Assembly (NCBI GenBank): GCA_902783285.1
Contig: CACZQM010000080.1
Span: 11,872 to 75,871 of the forward strand
Direction of reading: 5' to 3'
Length of the DNA: 64,000 bases
From: an uncultured Desulfovibrio sp.
GTDB lineage: Bacteria > Desulfobacterota > Desulfovibrionia > Desulfovibrionales > Desulfovibrionaceae
A model generated the notes under the pieces. The model was given only the letters and a program-made list of their open reading frames with translations. It was not told where the DNA came from and did not search any database. A program made the position numbers and the translations under genes. Every line of letters starts with the position of its first letter. The stretch's first letter is position 1. Shown here piece by piece: positions 33,147 through 41,789 of this stretch.

Positions 33147-34391
33147 ATGGCGATACACGAAAAGCGCGCTCTGCTGAGCGCGCTCGATACAAAAGCAGAG
33201 GAAGCATTCAAGCTCCAGTCGGCGTTGACGGCTTTTCAGGCCCTTGGTCCTGATAACGCCGGAAAAGGCGAACAGGAAAAAGCAGATTTCGTGGAGAAGT
33301 GGCTCCGCGCGCGCGGATTGACGTGCATCACCCATTATGATGCTGACGATCCGCGTGTCCCATCCGGAGGCCGCCCCAACTTTGTCGTGACCATCCCCGG
33401 CAGGACTTCCCGGACAGTGTGGCTATTCGGCCATATGGATGTCGTTCCGGCGGGGGACCTGGACCTCTGGCATTCCGATCCCTGGACGGTCGTCCGCTCC
33501 CCTGAGGATCCTGACATCATATGCGGCCGCGGCGTCGAGGACAATCAGCAGGCCATGGTCAGCATGTGCCTGCTTGCCGGGGCCATAGCAGAAAGCGGGG
33601 TCACTCCGGATCATACCCTGGGCCTGATTTTCGTTTCCGATGAGGAAACGGGAAACACGTACGGCATCAACCACGTCCTTCAAGTAAAGCCCGACCTCGT
33701 GGCGCAGGAAGATCTCGTCGTCGTCCCGGATTCCGGTTCGCCGGACGGCTCGTTCATACAGGTCGCAGAAAAAGGCGTCCTCTGGCTGTGCTTCGACATC
33801 ACGGGCAGGCAATGCCATGCTTCACGCCCTGATGACGGCGTCAACGCGCTCACCGCGGCAGCTGCCCTGATCCTGGCTGTTGCCGAGGTCGAACGGGAAT
33901 TTCCCGCCCGCGATCCTTTGTTTGACCCGCCGCGCTCCACGTTCACGCCGACGAAGCACGAGCCCAATGTCCCGAACATCAATACCATGCCTGGACATGA
34001 ACGCGTGTACGTTGATTGCCGCGTCCTGCCCTGCTACAGCCTGGAAGCTGTGACTGCCGCCTTTGCAAGGCGTGCGCAGGCGATCGCCGGAGCGCATGGC
34101 GTGCGCATCACCGTCGAACCCGTCATGGAAAACCCCTCTGCGCAGCCGACATCGGAACATTCGCCTGTCGTTCGATCGCTCATGCAGGCCGTTTACGAAG
34201 TCACGGGGACGACCTGCCGCTGCGGCGGCATCGGCGGATCGACCGTGGCTTTTTGCTTCAGGCGCAAGGGGATACCGTCGGCGGTCTGGTCGCGGATATT
34301 GGAGAATTGCCATGCTCCCAATGAAGCAGCCCGCCTTTCCAACGCGATAACGGACGCGAAGGTGTTCGCATCCATGCTTTTTGAGGCATAA
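33147..34391 (+). CDS. M20 metallopeptidase/hydrolase (DapE/ArgE-like)
   Basis: FGHMDVVP, GRGVEDN, SDEETG, HASRP and CHAPNE metal-binding motifs. GAAAGG RBS. Confidence 0.9.
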   Translation: MAIHEKRALLSALDTKAEEAFKLQSALTAFQALGPDNAGKGEQEKADFVEKWLRARGLTCITHYDADDPRVPSGGRPNFVVTIPGRTSRTVWLFGHMDVVPAGDLDLWHSDPWTVVRSPEDPDIICGRGVEDNQQAMVSMCLLAGAIAESGVTPDHTLGLIFVSDEETGNTYGINHVLQVKPDLVAQEDLVVVPDSGSPDGSFIQVAEKGVLWLCFDITGRQCHASRPDDGVNALTAAAALILAVAEVEREFPARDPLFDPPRSTFTPTKHEPNVPNINTMPGHERVYVDCRVLPCYSLEAVTAAFARRAQAIAGAHGVRITVEPVMENPSAQPTSEHSPVVRSLMQAVYEVTGTTCRCGGIGGSTVAFCFRRKGIPSAVWSRILENCHAPNEAARLSNAITDAKVFASMLFEA

Positions 34392-34400
34392 AGGCTAAGC

Positions 34401-35531
34401 ATGAGAACGATACAGGTCGTCAATGTCCGCTGGTTCAATGCGACAGCATGGTATGGTGTGGCGCTTGCCGAATGCCTGCAGAAAGCCGGTCATGAGACCA
34501 TCGTCGCCGGCTTGAGCGGGACGCCCCCCCTGTATGCCGCCAGGAAGCGGGGACTGGATACTGTCGAGCTTCCTTTCAATTCCAATGCTCCGGCAGGCAT
34601 CGTTCGCTGCTGGCATGGCATGCAAGCCCTTGTCAGGGACTTCAGGCCGGACGTCGTCAACTGCCATCGCGGTGAGGCGTTCATTTTATGGGCGCTTCTC
34701 AAGAAAAAGCATGGGTTTGCGCTCGTGCGGACGCGCGGTGACAGGCGCCTGCCCAAGAACAGCTTTGTCAACCGCTGGCTTTACTGCCAGGCCTCAGATG
34801 CCGTGATCGCCACGAACAGTTTGATGGCGCGGCACTTGTCTGGCGTCATGGGCGTTCCGGACATGAAGCTCTCTACGATCCTTGGCGGAGTGGACACCTC
34901 CCGTTTCCATCCTGACGCGGTGCAGCGGGTGCATATGCGCCAGGCGTATGGATATGGAGATGATGATGTCGTCATGGGGCTGCTGGGGCGCATGGATGAA
35001 GTCAAGGGCATCCGCGAGACCATAAGCGCCCTTGCAAAGGCCAGGGCCCTGGATCCGCGGGCCCAACATCTGAAGCTCCTCATCATCGGCTTCGAATCGC
35101 AGCATTCCATGCAGGATGTCGCACGGTGGTCGCAGGAAAACGGACTGGGGCCTCTGGGGGATGCCGTCAAGGTCACGGGCAGGGTGGAGAGTCCGGAAGC
35201 GGTGATCAACGCCCTGGACTTCGGCATCCTGTCTTCCCTGGGTTCAGAAGCGATCGCCCGGGCTGCACTGGAGATCATGGCGAGCAGGGTGCCGCTCATT
35301 TCTTCCACAACCGGCGTCATGCCGGACCTCATCCCCGCCGCGTTCAGCTTCCCTCCTGGCGATACCGGGGCCATGGCGCAGCGCATGGTCGCCATGCTGG
35401 ACACCGGGCGCCGGGAAGAACTCGCCGGCGCCTGTGAAGCGAAGATCATGCGCGGAAGGCTCCGGCTCAATGATTTTCTTGAAGATACGCTGGCGGTCTA
35501 TGACAGGATCACCGGGCAGCATCACGTGTGA
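34401..35531 (+). CDS. Glycosyltransferase family 4 (GT-B)
   Basis: VNCHRGE, VRTRGD, GVDT..F, GRMDEVKG and SEAIARAALE. Confidence 0.88.
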   Translation: MRTIQVVNVRWFNATAWYGVALAECLQKAGHETIVAGLSGTPPLYAARKRGLDTVELPFNSNAPAGIVRCWHGMQALVRDFRPDVVNCHRGEAFILWALLKKKHGFALVRTRGDRRLPKNSFVNRWLYCQASDAVIATNSLMARHLSGVMGVPDMKLSTILGGVDTSRFHPDAVQRVHMRQAYGYGDDDVVMGLLGRMDEVKGIRETISALAKARALDPRAQHLKLLIIGFESQHSMQDVARWSQENGLGPLGDAVKVTGRVESPEAVINALDFGILSSLGSEAIARAALEIMASRVPLISSTTGVMPDLIPAAFSFPPGDTGAMAQRMVAMLDTGRREELAGACEAKIMRGRLRLNDFLEDTLAVYDRITGQHHV

Positions 35532-36000
35532 TGTCCGCAAAGGAAGCATCCGTGGCCTTCGCAAGATCATGCGGTGCCAGGACCAGCTGCATGCCGCGCT
35601 GCCCTGCGGACACGAACATGGCAGGCAGTTCCTGTGCGGAAGAATCGATGCAGACAGGATATTTCTTTTTTGCCCCGAGCGGCGAACAGCCACCCCTGAC
35701 ATAGCCGGTCAACGGCAGAAGATCCGCCAGCGGGACCATTTCCACATGCTTGTCGCCCAGCGCAAGCGCAAGTTTTTTCATGTCCAGCTCCGAACACGCC
35801 GGGATGACGGCAAAGGCAAGCCCGTTGGGCGATCCGGTGACCAGCAGCGTCTTGAAGACGGTCCCGGGCTCCACTCCCAGCATCGCAGCAGCGTGGGTGG
35901 CGGAAAGGTCATCGGGGTCAACAGGATAGCTGGCGATCTGGTAAGGGATGCCCGACCGGTCGAGAAGCCTTGCCGCATTTGTCTTTTTTATTGATGCCAT
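35509..36000 (-). CDS. ybaK: Cys-tRNA(Pro) deacylase
   Basis: KTNAARLLD, VFKTL and TGYVRGGCSPLG motifs. Confidence 0.92.
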   Translation of the reverse strand: MASIKKTNAARLLDRSGIPYQIASYPVDPDDLSATHAAAMLGVEPGTVFKTLLVTGSPNGLAFAVIPACSELDMKKLALALGDKHVEMVPLADLLPLTGYVRGGCSPLGAKKKYPVCIDSSAQELPAMFVSAGQRGMQLVLAPHDLAKATDASFADITRDAAR

Positions 36001-36076
36001 GGTGCTTCTCTCGTGGGCTTATGCCGGCATGCTGTGCGCTTGCCCTGTCTTCGCGCAGCAGCGCATTCGGTTTGCT

Positions 36077-39000
36077 TCAGGCGTGCAGCTTTCCGGCCCG
36101 CCCGTGGTCATCCGGGGAAAGAGTCTTTCCCGCGGGATCCCGGCCCGGCTGGCACAATTTGAGTATCGCATGCAAATATTCCTTGCGGTTGTCCAGGTAA
36201 AAGGTCATCGGACGCGAAAAGTCTTTGCCGACAAGACCATCGACAAAGAGCTGGCTGATGTCCCTTTCACGGAGCAGGACGAGCTGTGACCGGGCAAGGA
36301 CAGTACGGTCAGCCTGGCTCATCGTCCGCAGAAGGCGGGCCAGGGCATCTTGGGCACGGGGCAGATAGAACCAGAAATACATCATGTCCAGCGCATTGAT
36401 GATCAGCGAGGTCTCGAGAGCCTGTTTTGACATCGTCCGGTCATCTTCCTGGAGCCCTCCGGAGCGGGCCAGTTTAAGCAGGATGTCTTTTTCCGGGAAC
36501 AGAAGCTCAAGCCGCGTATAGCAGGTGAAGATCCTGTCGATCTTGCTCTTGTAGTCGAGCCGGCGTATCCGGCGGTTGTTCTGGCTGTCGGCGTAGCCTT
36601 CGATGATAGCCGCGACGGTATCCGAGGCGAGCTTTGAGATGATGGCTGCGCTCGGCACGGTATAGACCAGTGGATCCGCAACGCCAGCCCAGCCAAGGAT
36701 GAGGATGAAAATGGAGTTGTACCAGGAAGATACAGGAATGGCGAGGGCGCTTCTGAACAGGTTGCCGACAGCGGCTTCACGGGGGAATCCCCGGAAGATG
36801 TTGTGGGAGCAGATATAGATGGCGTTGACAAAGTTGAGCACAGTAAAGACGATGATGGGATCGTCGACGACGGTAAAGCCCAGCAGGTCCTCCAGCAGCC
36901 ATACGCGGACGACGACTTCGAGGAGCGCTACGGAGATCCCTGTGTACATGAGGGAATCGCAGATGCGGTTGATATTGACATGGTCTTTCCACCGCAGGAG
37001 CGTCGTACGCGTCGTGCCGTTTCCCGCGACGACCATTTGTATGACATTGCGCACGCCGGTGATGGCGAACCATATGAACGTTCCGAACCAGGCCAGGAAC
37101 CACCAGTCCTGCGTATACAGGAAGGATGCCACGGAAGGGATGAATCCGACCAGGACCTTGATCCAGTTTGATACGCTTGTGCTGAGGTAGAAGAATCCGG
37201 GACGACGGTCCGGCTGCTGCGCCGGCTGGAAGATATCGTTGCCTGATGCCCGGGTGATGCCTCCAAGAGTGGCGATATTGCCGGCCTGGCTGACTTCGCT
37301 GGTATCCGAGGGCATCCACGTTATCCTGCATTTTTTCCCGGCATGGCCCAGGCCAGGGATTTTGCGCAACGCCTTGATGAGCGTCGAGGGATTTTCATGC
37401 TCTTCCTCAAAGACGACGCGCTCTTCGATAGCTGTGTAGACGGGGACGGATCCCATGTATTCGCTGTTCCGCTTGAGGGTCTTCTGGGCACGTGTGGGGA
37501 GGGTGTCCGTATAGACGAATCCCATGCCCACGGAATAATCCAGCTCAAGCTGCGACTGGGAGCCGATCCGCGTTTTCAGGGGGTTTTTCCGGTAGTATTC
37601 CCAGATAGTGGGGATGGAGTTCAGTATCTCCTGAAATTTCTTGACCCGCTCAAGATTGCCCTGCGCTGTCAGCAAGTCGATGATCTGGTGCACCATCTCC
37701 TTCATCCTGGGGCCGCGGCCTTCATTGAGCACGCGCTGAAGTTCATTGATCTCGTCCAGGTCCTTGAGCTGGCCCGCATACCAGTTGCTGAGGTTGAAGA
37801 TCTCCAGATGGGTGATGCCGCAGCCGCAGTCATAAATGAGCTCGATGACATCCTGCACGGTCAACCCTGCCAGGTCGAGACAGATGCGTGAACCCGTGTG
37901 CAGGTCGGTAAGCTCTTCAACCATCTGCCCCGGGGGCAGGGTCAGCATTTCAGGCAGCTCCGGCGGGATGCTTTCAGTGATGTCTGGAAGGTCAGTTCCA
38001 TCGAGCCAGGTCCTTAAGATTTCCGCACTGGTCAGGGAATCGAGATAGCGCAGCTCATTCTTCAGGGCTTCTGCAGCAGCGGGGTCCCTTCCGTCCTGCA
38101 AGGAGCTTCTGATGTGGGCTGCCTTGCTCTGGAGGATCGGCAGCAAATGCTGGTGCAGCGATTCCGCAAGATGATGGAAGGAGGGCTGGCTGAGTCCGAC
38201 GCTCCTGAGAAAATCCTCCGGATCCAGTTCAGGGACCGGGAGCTGCAAGCGATCTTCCAGCATGCGCCGTGTGCAGGAGTTCCAATGTTCCAGAGCGTCA
38301 AGCAGCCTGTCTTTGCGCCAGGCGATGATCTCCTGGCCCAGGACGGACAAATGACGCATCTTTTCCGTCTGCAGGAATTCCATGAAATCTTCTGCCGTGC
38401 TGAAGCCACGCGGTATCCAGACCATGTTGATGAAGCGTCCGCGGAACGGGCAGTGCACTTCCAGCCCGAGCCGGATATGGATGCCCATGATAGAAGCTGC
38501 CTCCAACAGTTCCGAGGCGGCATTCCTGTCGATATAGTTGTCATAGACTACGGTCAGGAAGCGCAGGCCCTTGATCCATGCATCCATGATGAGATGGGTC
38601 GGCGTTTTGCGCCCGCGGGAGTGGGCGTCATAGACATGTCCGTCAAACGAAAACTGATTCCATTCTTCTGGCATTTCAGGAAGATGGTAACGCGCAAGGA
38701 GCTTGCGGACGATGCGCGGGGTGCCCATGGCCACTTTTCTGAAATCATGGGCGAGCATGAGCTGCTTGTGCTCGTCTCCAGAGACCCTGACGAGATCCTT
38801 CATGATCTGCAGCAGGACGCGGGCCGTATTCCTTCGCAGCGTCGTCTGGGCGCTGCTGAGCACTTCGTCGTAAAGCGCGCGGAGCGCCATGATCCTGTCG
38901 GAGGCATGTCCGTTTTCAAGGGTGGTCAGCAAGTTTATGACGGCATAGACGATGCGCGTGATCCTGGACATGACGAGATTTTTTATGCCGTGAGGATGGA

Positions 39001-39109
39001 GCGTAGCGTCAAAGATCTTTGAATGCTCAGGGATGGGATGGGCTAAGAGCTCATTGACAAGCGCAAGTATCTCCTTATCCTGCCTGTCAAAATACCAGTG
39101 AGAGAGCAT
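36077..39109 (-). CDS. Large uncharacterised protein (1010 aa): helical N-terminus, PHP-like domain, about 4-5 TM helices, helical C-terminus
   Basis: Long ORF with a GAGG RBS. FDGHVYD...HLIMDAWIKGLRFLTVVY...RLGLE is PHP-like; a hydrophobic block occupies the last third. Confidence 0.8.
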   Translation of the reverse strand: MLSHWYFDRQDKEILALVNELLAHPIPEHSKIFDATLHPHGIKNLVMSRITRIVYAVINLLTTLENGHASDRIMALRALYDEVLSSAQTTLRRNTARVLLQIMKDLVRVSGDEHKQLMLAHDFRKVAMGTPRIVRKLLARYHLPEMPEEWNQFSFDGHVYDAHSRGRKTPTHLIMDAWIKGLRFLTVVYDNYIDRNAASELLEAASIMGIHIRLGLEVHCPFRGRFINMVWIPRGFSTAEDFMEFLQTEKMRHLSVLGQEIIAWRKDRLLDALEHWNSCTRRMLEDRLQLPVPELDPEDFLRSVGLSQPSFHHLAESLHQHLLPILQSKAAHIRSSLQDGRDPAAAEALKNELRYLDSLTSAEILRTWLDGTDLPDITESIPPELPEMLTLPPGQMVEELTDLHTGSRICLDLAGLTVQDVIELIYDCGCGITHLEIFNLSNWYAGQLKDLDEINELQRVLNEGRGPRMKEMVHQIIDLLTAQGNLERVKKFQEILNSIPTIWEYYRKNPLKTRIGSQSQLELDYSVGMGFVYTDTLPTRAQKTLKRNSEYMGSVPVYTAIEERVVFEEEHENPSTLIKALRKIPGLGHAGKKCRITWMPSDTSEVSQAGNIATLGGITRASGNDIFQPAQQPDRRPGFFYLSTSVSNWIKVLVGFIPSVASFLYTQDWWFLAWFGTFIWFAITGVRNVIQMVVAGNGTTRTTLLRWKDHVNINRICDSLMYTGISVALLEVVVRVWLLEDLLGFTVVDDPIIVFTVLNFVNAIYICSHNIFRGFPREAAVGNLFRSALAIPVSSWYNSIFILILGWAGVADPLVYTVPSAAIISKLASDTVAAIIEGYADSQNNRRIRRLDYKSKIDRIFTCYTRLELLFPEKDILLKLARSGGLQEDDRTMSKQALETSLIINALDMMYFWFYLPRAQDALARLLRTMSQADRTVLARSQLVLLRERDISQLFVDGLVGKDFSRPMTFYLDNRKEYLHAILKLCQPGRDPAGKTLSPDDHGRAGKLHA

Positions 39110-39151
39110 GCTGACCTCAAAAGTTATTGTTGAATATGGTATCGTTCTTGC

Positions 39152-39181
39152 AAATTAATTTCTATCGGAGCCTTCTGTCAA
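39152..39181 (-). promoter_or_regulatory. Putative sigma70 promoter of the 1010-aa gene
   Basis: TTGACA (39181-39176) with an AT-rich TTAATT/TAATTT element 17-18 nt downstream. Confidence 0.5.
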
Positions 39182-39407
39182 TCATTATGCTGCGGGAATC
39201 ACGCGTTCAGGCAGGAAAAACGGAAGCCGGAGCTGACAGAGATCAGCTCCGGCCATGATCCAGTCCAGATGGGGGAGGATCCTGGACTGGTCCATCATGA
39301 AGGGAAATAAGGGGGGCCTTCATGCAAAGCTGCCTGGGAAGGGGGGCTCAGGCAGTCAGCAGCAGAAAAAGAAGCAAAAAAACAAAAGCAACAGGAATTT
39401 TTTAATC

Positions 39408-39435
39408 AAAAACGCCGTGAGGGGCAAGCGTTTTT
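39408..39435. terminator. Bidirectional terminator-like hairpin downstream of the ehr operon
   Basis: AAAAACGC/GCGTTTTT inverted repeat giving a T tract on both strands. Confidence 0.55.
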
Positions 39436-39475
39436 AATGCAAGGTCAAAAAATGCAGGCCGATGGACAGAGATGA

Positions 39476-40279
39476 TCAGTTTTGGGCATCCTTCCAAGCC
39501 ACAGACAATATCCCGTCAAGGATAGTCCAGGGATTGGGCGGGCACCCCGGAATGTATATGTCGATGCTCCCCGGGGGGAGCACATCATCGACCCCCTGGC
39601 TGCACTCACTGCTGCTGCGGAAGATACCGCCCGAGACCGCACAGCACCCGACAGCGATGACGACTTTGGGGTCAGGCACAGCGTTCCACGTGTCGATAAG
39701 CGCCTTGCGCATGTTTTGGGTGACCGGACCGGTGATGATGAGGCCGTCGGCATGCCTTGGCGAGGCAGCATATTCTATGCCAAAGCGGCCCAGGTCATAA
39801 GCCAGCGTGCCAAGGACATTGATATCCGCTTCACAAGCCATGCATCCGCCTGCACTGACCTGCCTCAGTTTGAGGGACCTGCCGAAAATGGCCAGTTTCC
39901 TTTTTGGCTTGCCCAGGGCAGGGCGTACGCCTGGCCGGCAGTTTTCTTCTGCAGCGGGACTGTTGATCACCAGTGCTTCCCGCTGATACGATGCCAAACG
40001 GTGCTCATGGGTGAACACGATGGCATGTTCCGGGCAGGCAAGCTCGCAGGAGCGGCAGAAAAGACATCTGCCCATGTCAAGGGAGACTCCGCGTCCATCG
40101 TTCATGGCCAGCGCACCGGCCGGACAGGCTTTCAGACAGGCTTTTGAACGGCAGTCCGGACAACGCGAAGGGTCTACGGAAGGCAGCCCGGCAAAACGTC
40201 CGGGAATGGCAGGCATGGAAAAAGGATAGTCCAGTGTCCGATAGCCCTGGCGGAACCTTTCCCGCAGTATTCCAAGCAT
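39476..40279 (-). CDS. ehrS: Ehr small subunit: 2x[4Fe-4S] ferredoxin fused to a NuoB/HycG-like domain
   Basis: CPDC....C...CP and CLFCRSCELACP, then SAGGCMACE, SPRHADG, AVGCCA and IPGCPP. Confidence 0.85.
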   Translation of the reverse strand: MLGILRERFRQGYRTLDYPFSMPAIPGRFAGLPSVDPSRCPDCRSKACLKACPAGALAMNDGRGVSLDMGRCLFCRSCELACPEHAIVFTHEHRLASYQREALVINSPAAEENCRPGVRPALGKPKRKLAIFGRSLKLRQVSAGGCMACEADINVLGTLAYDLGRFGIEYAASPRHADGLIITGPVTQNMRKALIDTWNAVPDPKVVIAVGCCAVSGGIFRSSSECSQGVDDVLPPGSIDIYIPGCPPNPWTILDGILSVAWKDAQN

Positions 40280-40289
40280 AGATGTGCTC

Positions 40290-41789
40290 CTACAAGTCGT
40301 GTCCGCAATACGAGAGGTTAAAGCTTTTGTTGCACAAGGGGAAATCAGATATCTGTTCTCCGCGTAAAGCCATGGCGAGCCCCGTCCAGTTATGGTAGGA
40401 TGGATCGACGATCTTATAGGCAAGCCAGTTGCCTTCGCTGCTGGTGATGCCGACATGGCATATCTCTCCGCGCCATCCTTCCACAAGGGATACTGCCATC
40501 GTATGCGGCGGCAGGTTTTCCGGAAGATGGACCCTGCATCCTTCTTCACCGGAGGTGGAGGATAGGTATCGCAAGACCTCTTCAGCATAGGCGGCGGAAT
40601 CGTCCAGTTCTTCGCTCCGCACGAGAGTGCGCGCCAGGACATCACCCGAATCGTGCGTGCGGATGGGGACGTTCAGTTCATTAACGTGTACGTCAGGCCA
40701 GTCGACCCTCGCATCCATGGCGATCCCGCAGGCTTTGGCCGCGACTCCCACCAGGCCGAGAGCGATCGCGTCATCATGCTTCACGACGCCTGTTCCCGAC
40801 AGCCTGGTGAGCACGCTCCCGCTGGACAGCATGACGTCTACAGCGCCGCGGGCATCCCTGTAAGCGGACCTCAGGCGCTTTATCAGTTGCTGGGACAGGT
40901 TTGAGTCGAGATCCCACCTTGCCCCGCCAGGGCAGACCAGGTTCCTGCCGAAACGGCTCCCGCACATTTCTGCAGTGATGTTTAAAAAATCACCTGTTAT
41001 CCTGCCGTTCCATGCCGAAGTGGGCAGGAATCCCGTATCACCGCCTATGGCTCCGAGATCGCGCGTATGGTTGGCAAGACGCTCAAGTTCCAGGGCAAGG
41101 CAGCGAAGCATGGCCGCCCTCCGGGTCGTGCTGATGCCGTGCAGGCGTTCCAGGAGGGAACAATAGGCCGTGGCATGGCCGATGCAGGTATCGCCGGCAA
41201 TGTTTTCTACCAGGCGGATGGACCGCTGGGGGGATGCAGAAGCCATGAGCCGTTCGATCCCCCTGTGCTGAAAGCCAAGCTGTATCTCCAAATGGAGGAC
41301 TTCTTCACCATGGCACTGGAAGCGGAAATGCCCAGGTTCGATGACGCCGGCGTGCACCGGGCCCACGGCGACTTCATGCACTTCGCTGCCTTTTGCAGCG
41401 AAATAGGCTGTTTCTGCCGGTCCCGGGCGGAAGCCCAGGGGATCGCTGGCGGAAGGGCAGAAGCGCACAGGCTTAAGCCAGGGATGGCCAGCGGGGCGGA
41501 TGCCCCAGGATTCAAATAATTCCCGCTCGAATAAATGCGCCTGGAGGCATGACGGAGTTACAGAAGGGTATTCTTTCCCCGGTATGCAGCGGAAGGCGTC
41601 AAGCTTCTGAACTGCCCGGCTGGACACTATGGCGACGATCTCTGTCGTGCCGGAGCTGTTCTGCAGGGCGAACATGGCCAGCAGGCGCCAGCCGTTGCCG
41701 CATGCTTCAATGATCCGGTCAGAAAAGCCGTCGGGAGAAAGAACGGGAAGGGAGAGGAAGTCAACAGCTTCGTTATGGTCGAACATCAT
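40290..41789 (-). CDS. ehrL: Ehr large subunit (NuoC+NuoD / HycE-like) without Ni-binding cysteines
   Basis: FERELFESWGI.P.GHP, VGPVHAGVIEPGHFRF and VEGWRGE. L1 reads NIAGDTCIGH and L2 reads NLSYCGHDL-stop. Confidence 0.88.
   Translation of the reverse strand: MMFDHNEAVDFLSLPVLSPDGFSDRIIEACGNGWRLLAMFALQNSSGTTEIVAIVSSRAVQKLDAFRCIPGKEYPSVTPSCLQAHLFERELFESWGIRPAGHPWLKPVRFCPSASDPLGFRPGPAETAYFAAKGSEVHEVAVGPVHAGVIEPGHFRFQCHGEEVLHLEIQLGFQHRGIERLMASASPQRSIRLVENIAGDTCIGHATAYCSLLERLHGISTTRRAAMLRCLALELERLANHTRDLGAIGGDTGFLPTSAWNGRITGDFLNITAEMCGSRFGRNLVCPGGARWDLDSNLSQQLIKRLRSAYRDARGAVDVMLSSGSVLTRLSGTGVVKHDDAIALGLVGVAAKACGIAMDARVDWPDVHVNELNVPIRTHDSGDVLARTLVRSEELDDSAAYAEEVLRYLSSTSGEEGCRVHLPENLPPHTMAVSLVEGWRGEICHVGITSSEGNWLAYKIVDPSYHNWTGLAMALRGEQISDFPLCNKSFNLSYCGHDL

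Noticed and set aside
39226-39355. Hairpin array as CRISPR or REP repeats
   Set aside because: The stems share no sequence, there are no spacers and no cas genes are present.
39255-39437. 60-aa Lys-rich ORF over the hairpin array
   Set aside because: No RBS, and its composition follows from the G-runs and A-tract. Kept only as an alternative explanation of the hairpin finding.
40290-41789. Calling the operon a hydrogenase-4/formate hydrogenlyase because hypF is in the window
   Set aside because: The Ni-ligating Cys positions and the cleavable tail are absent. hypF is about 33 kb away and presumably serves other hydrogenases.
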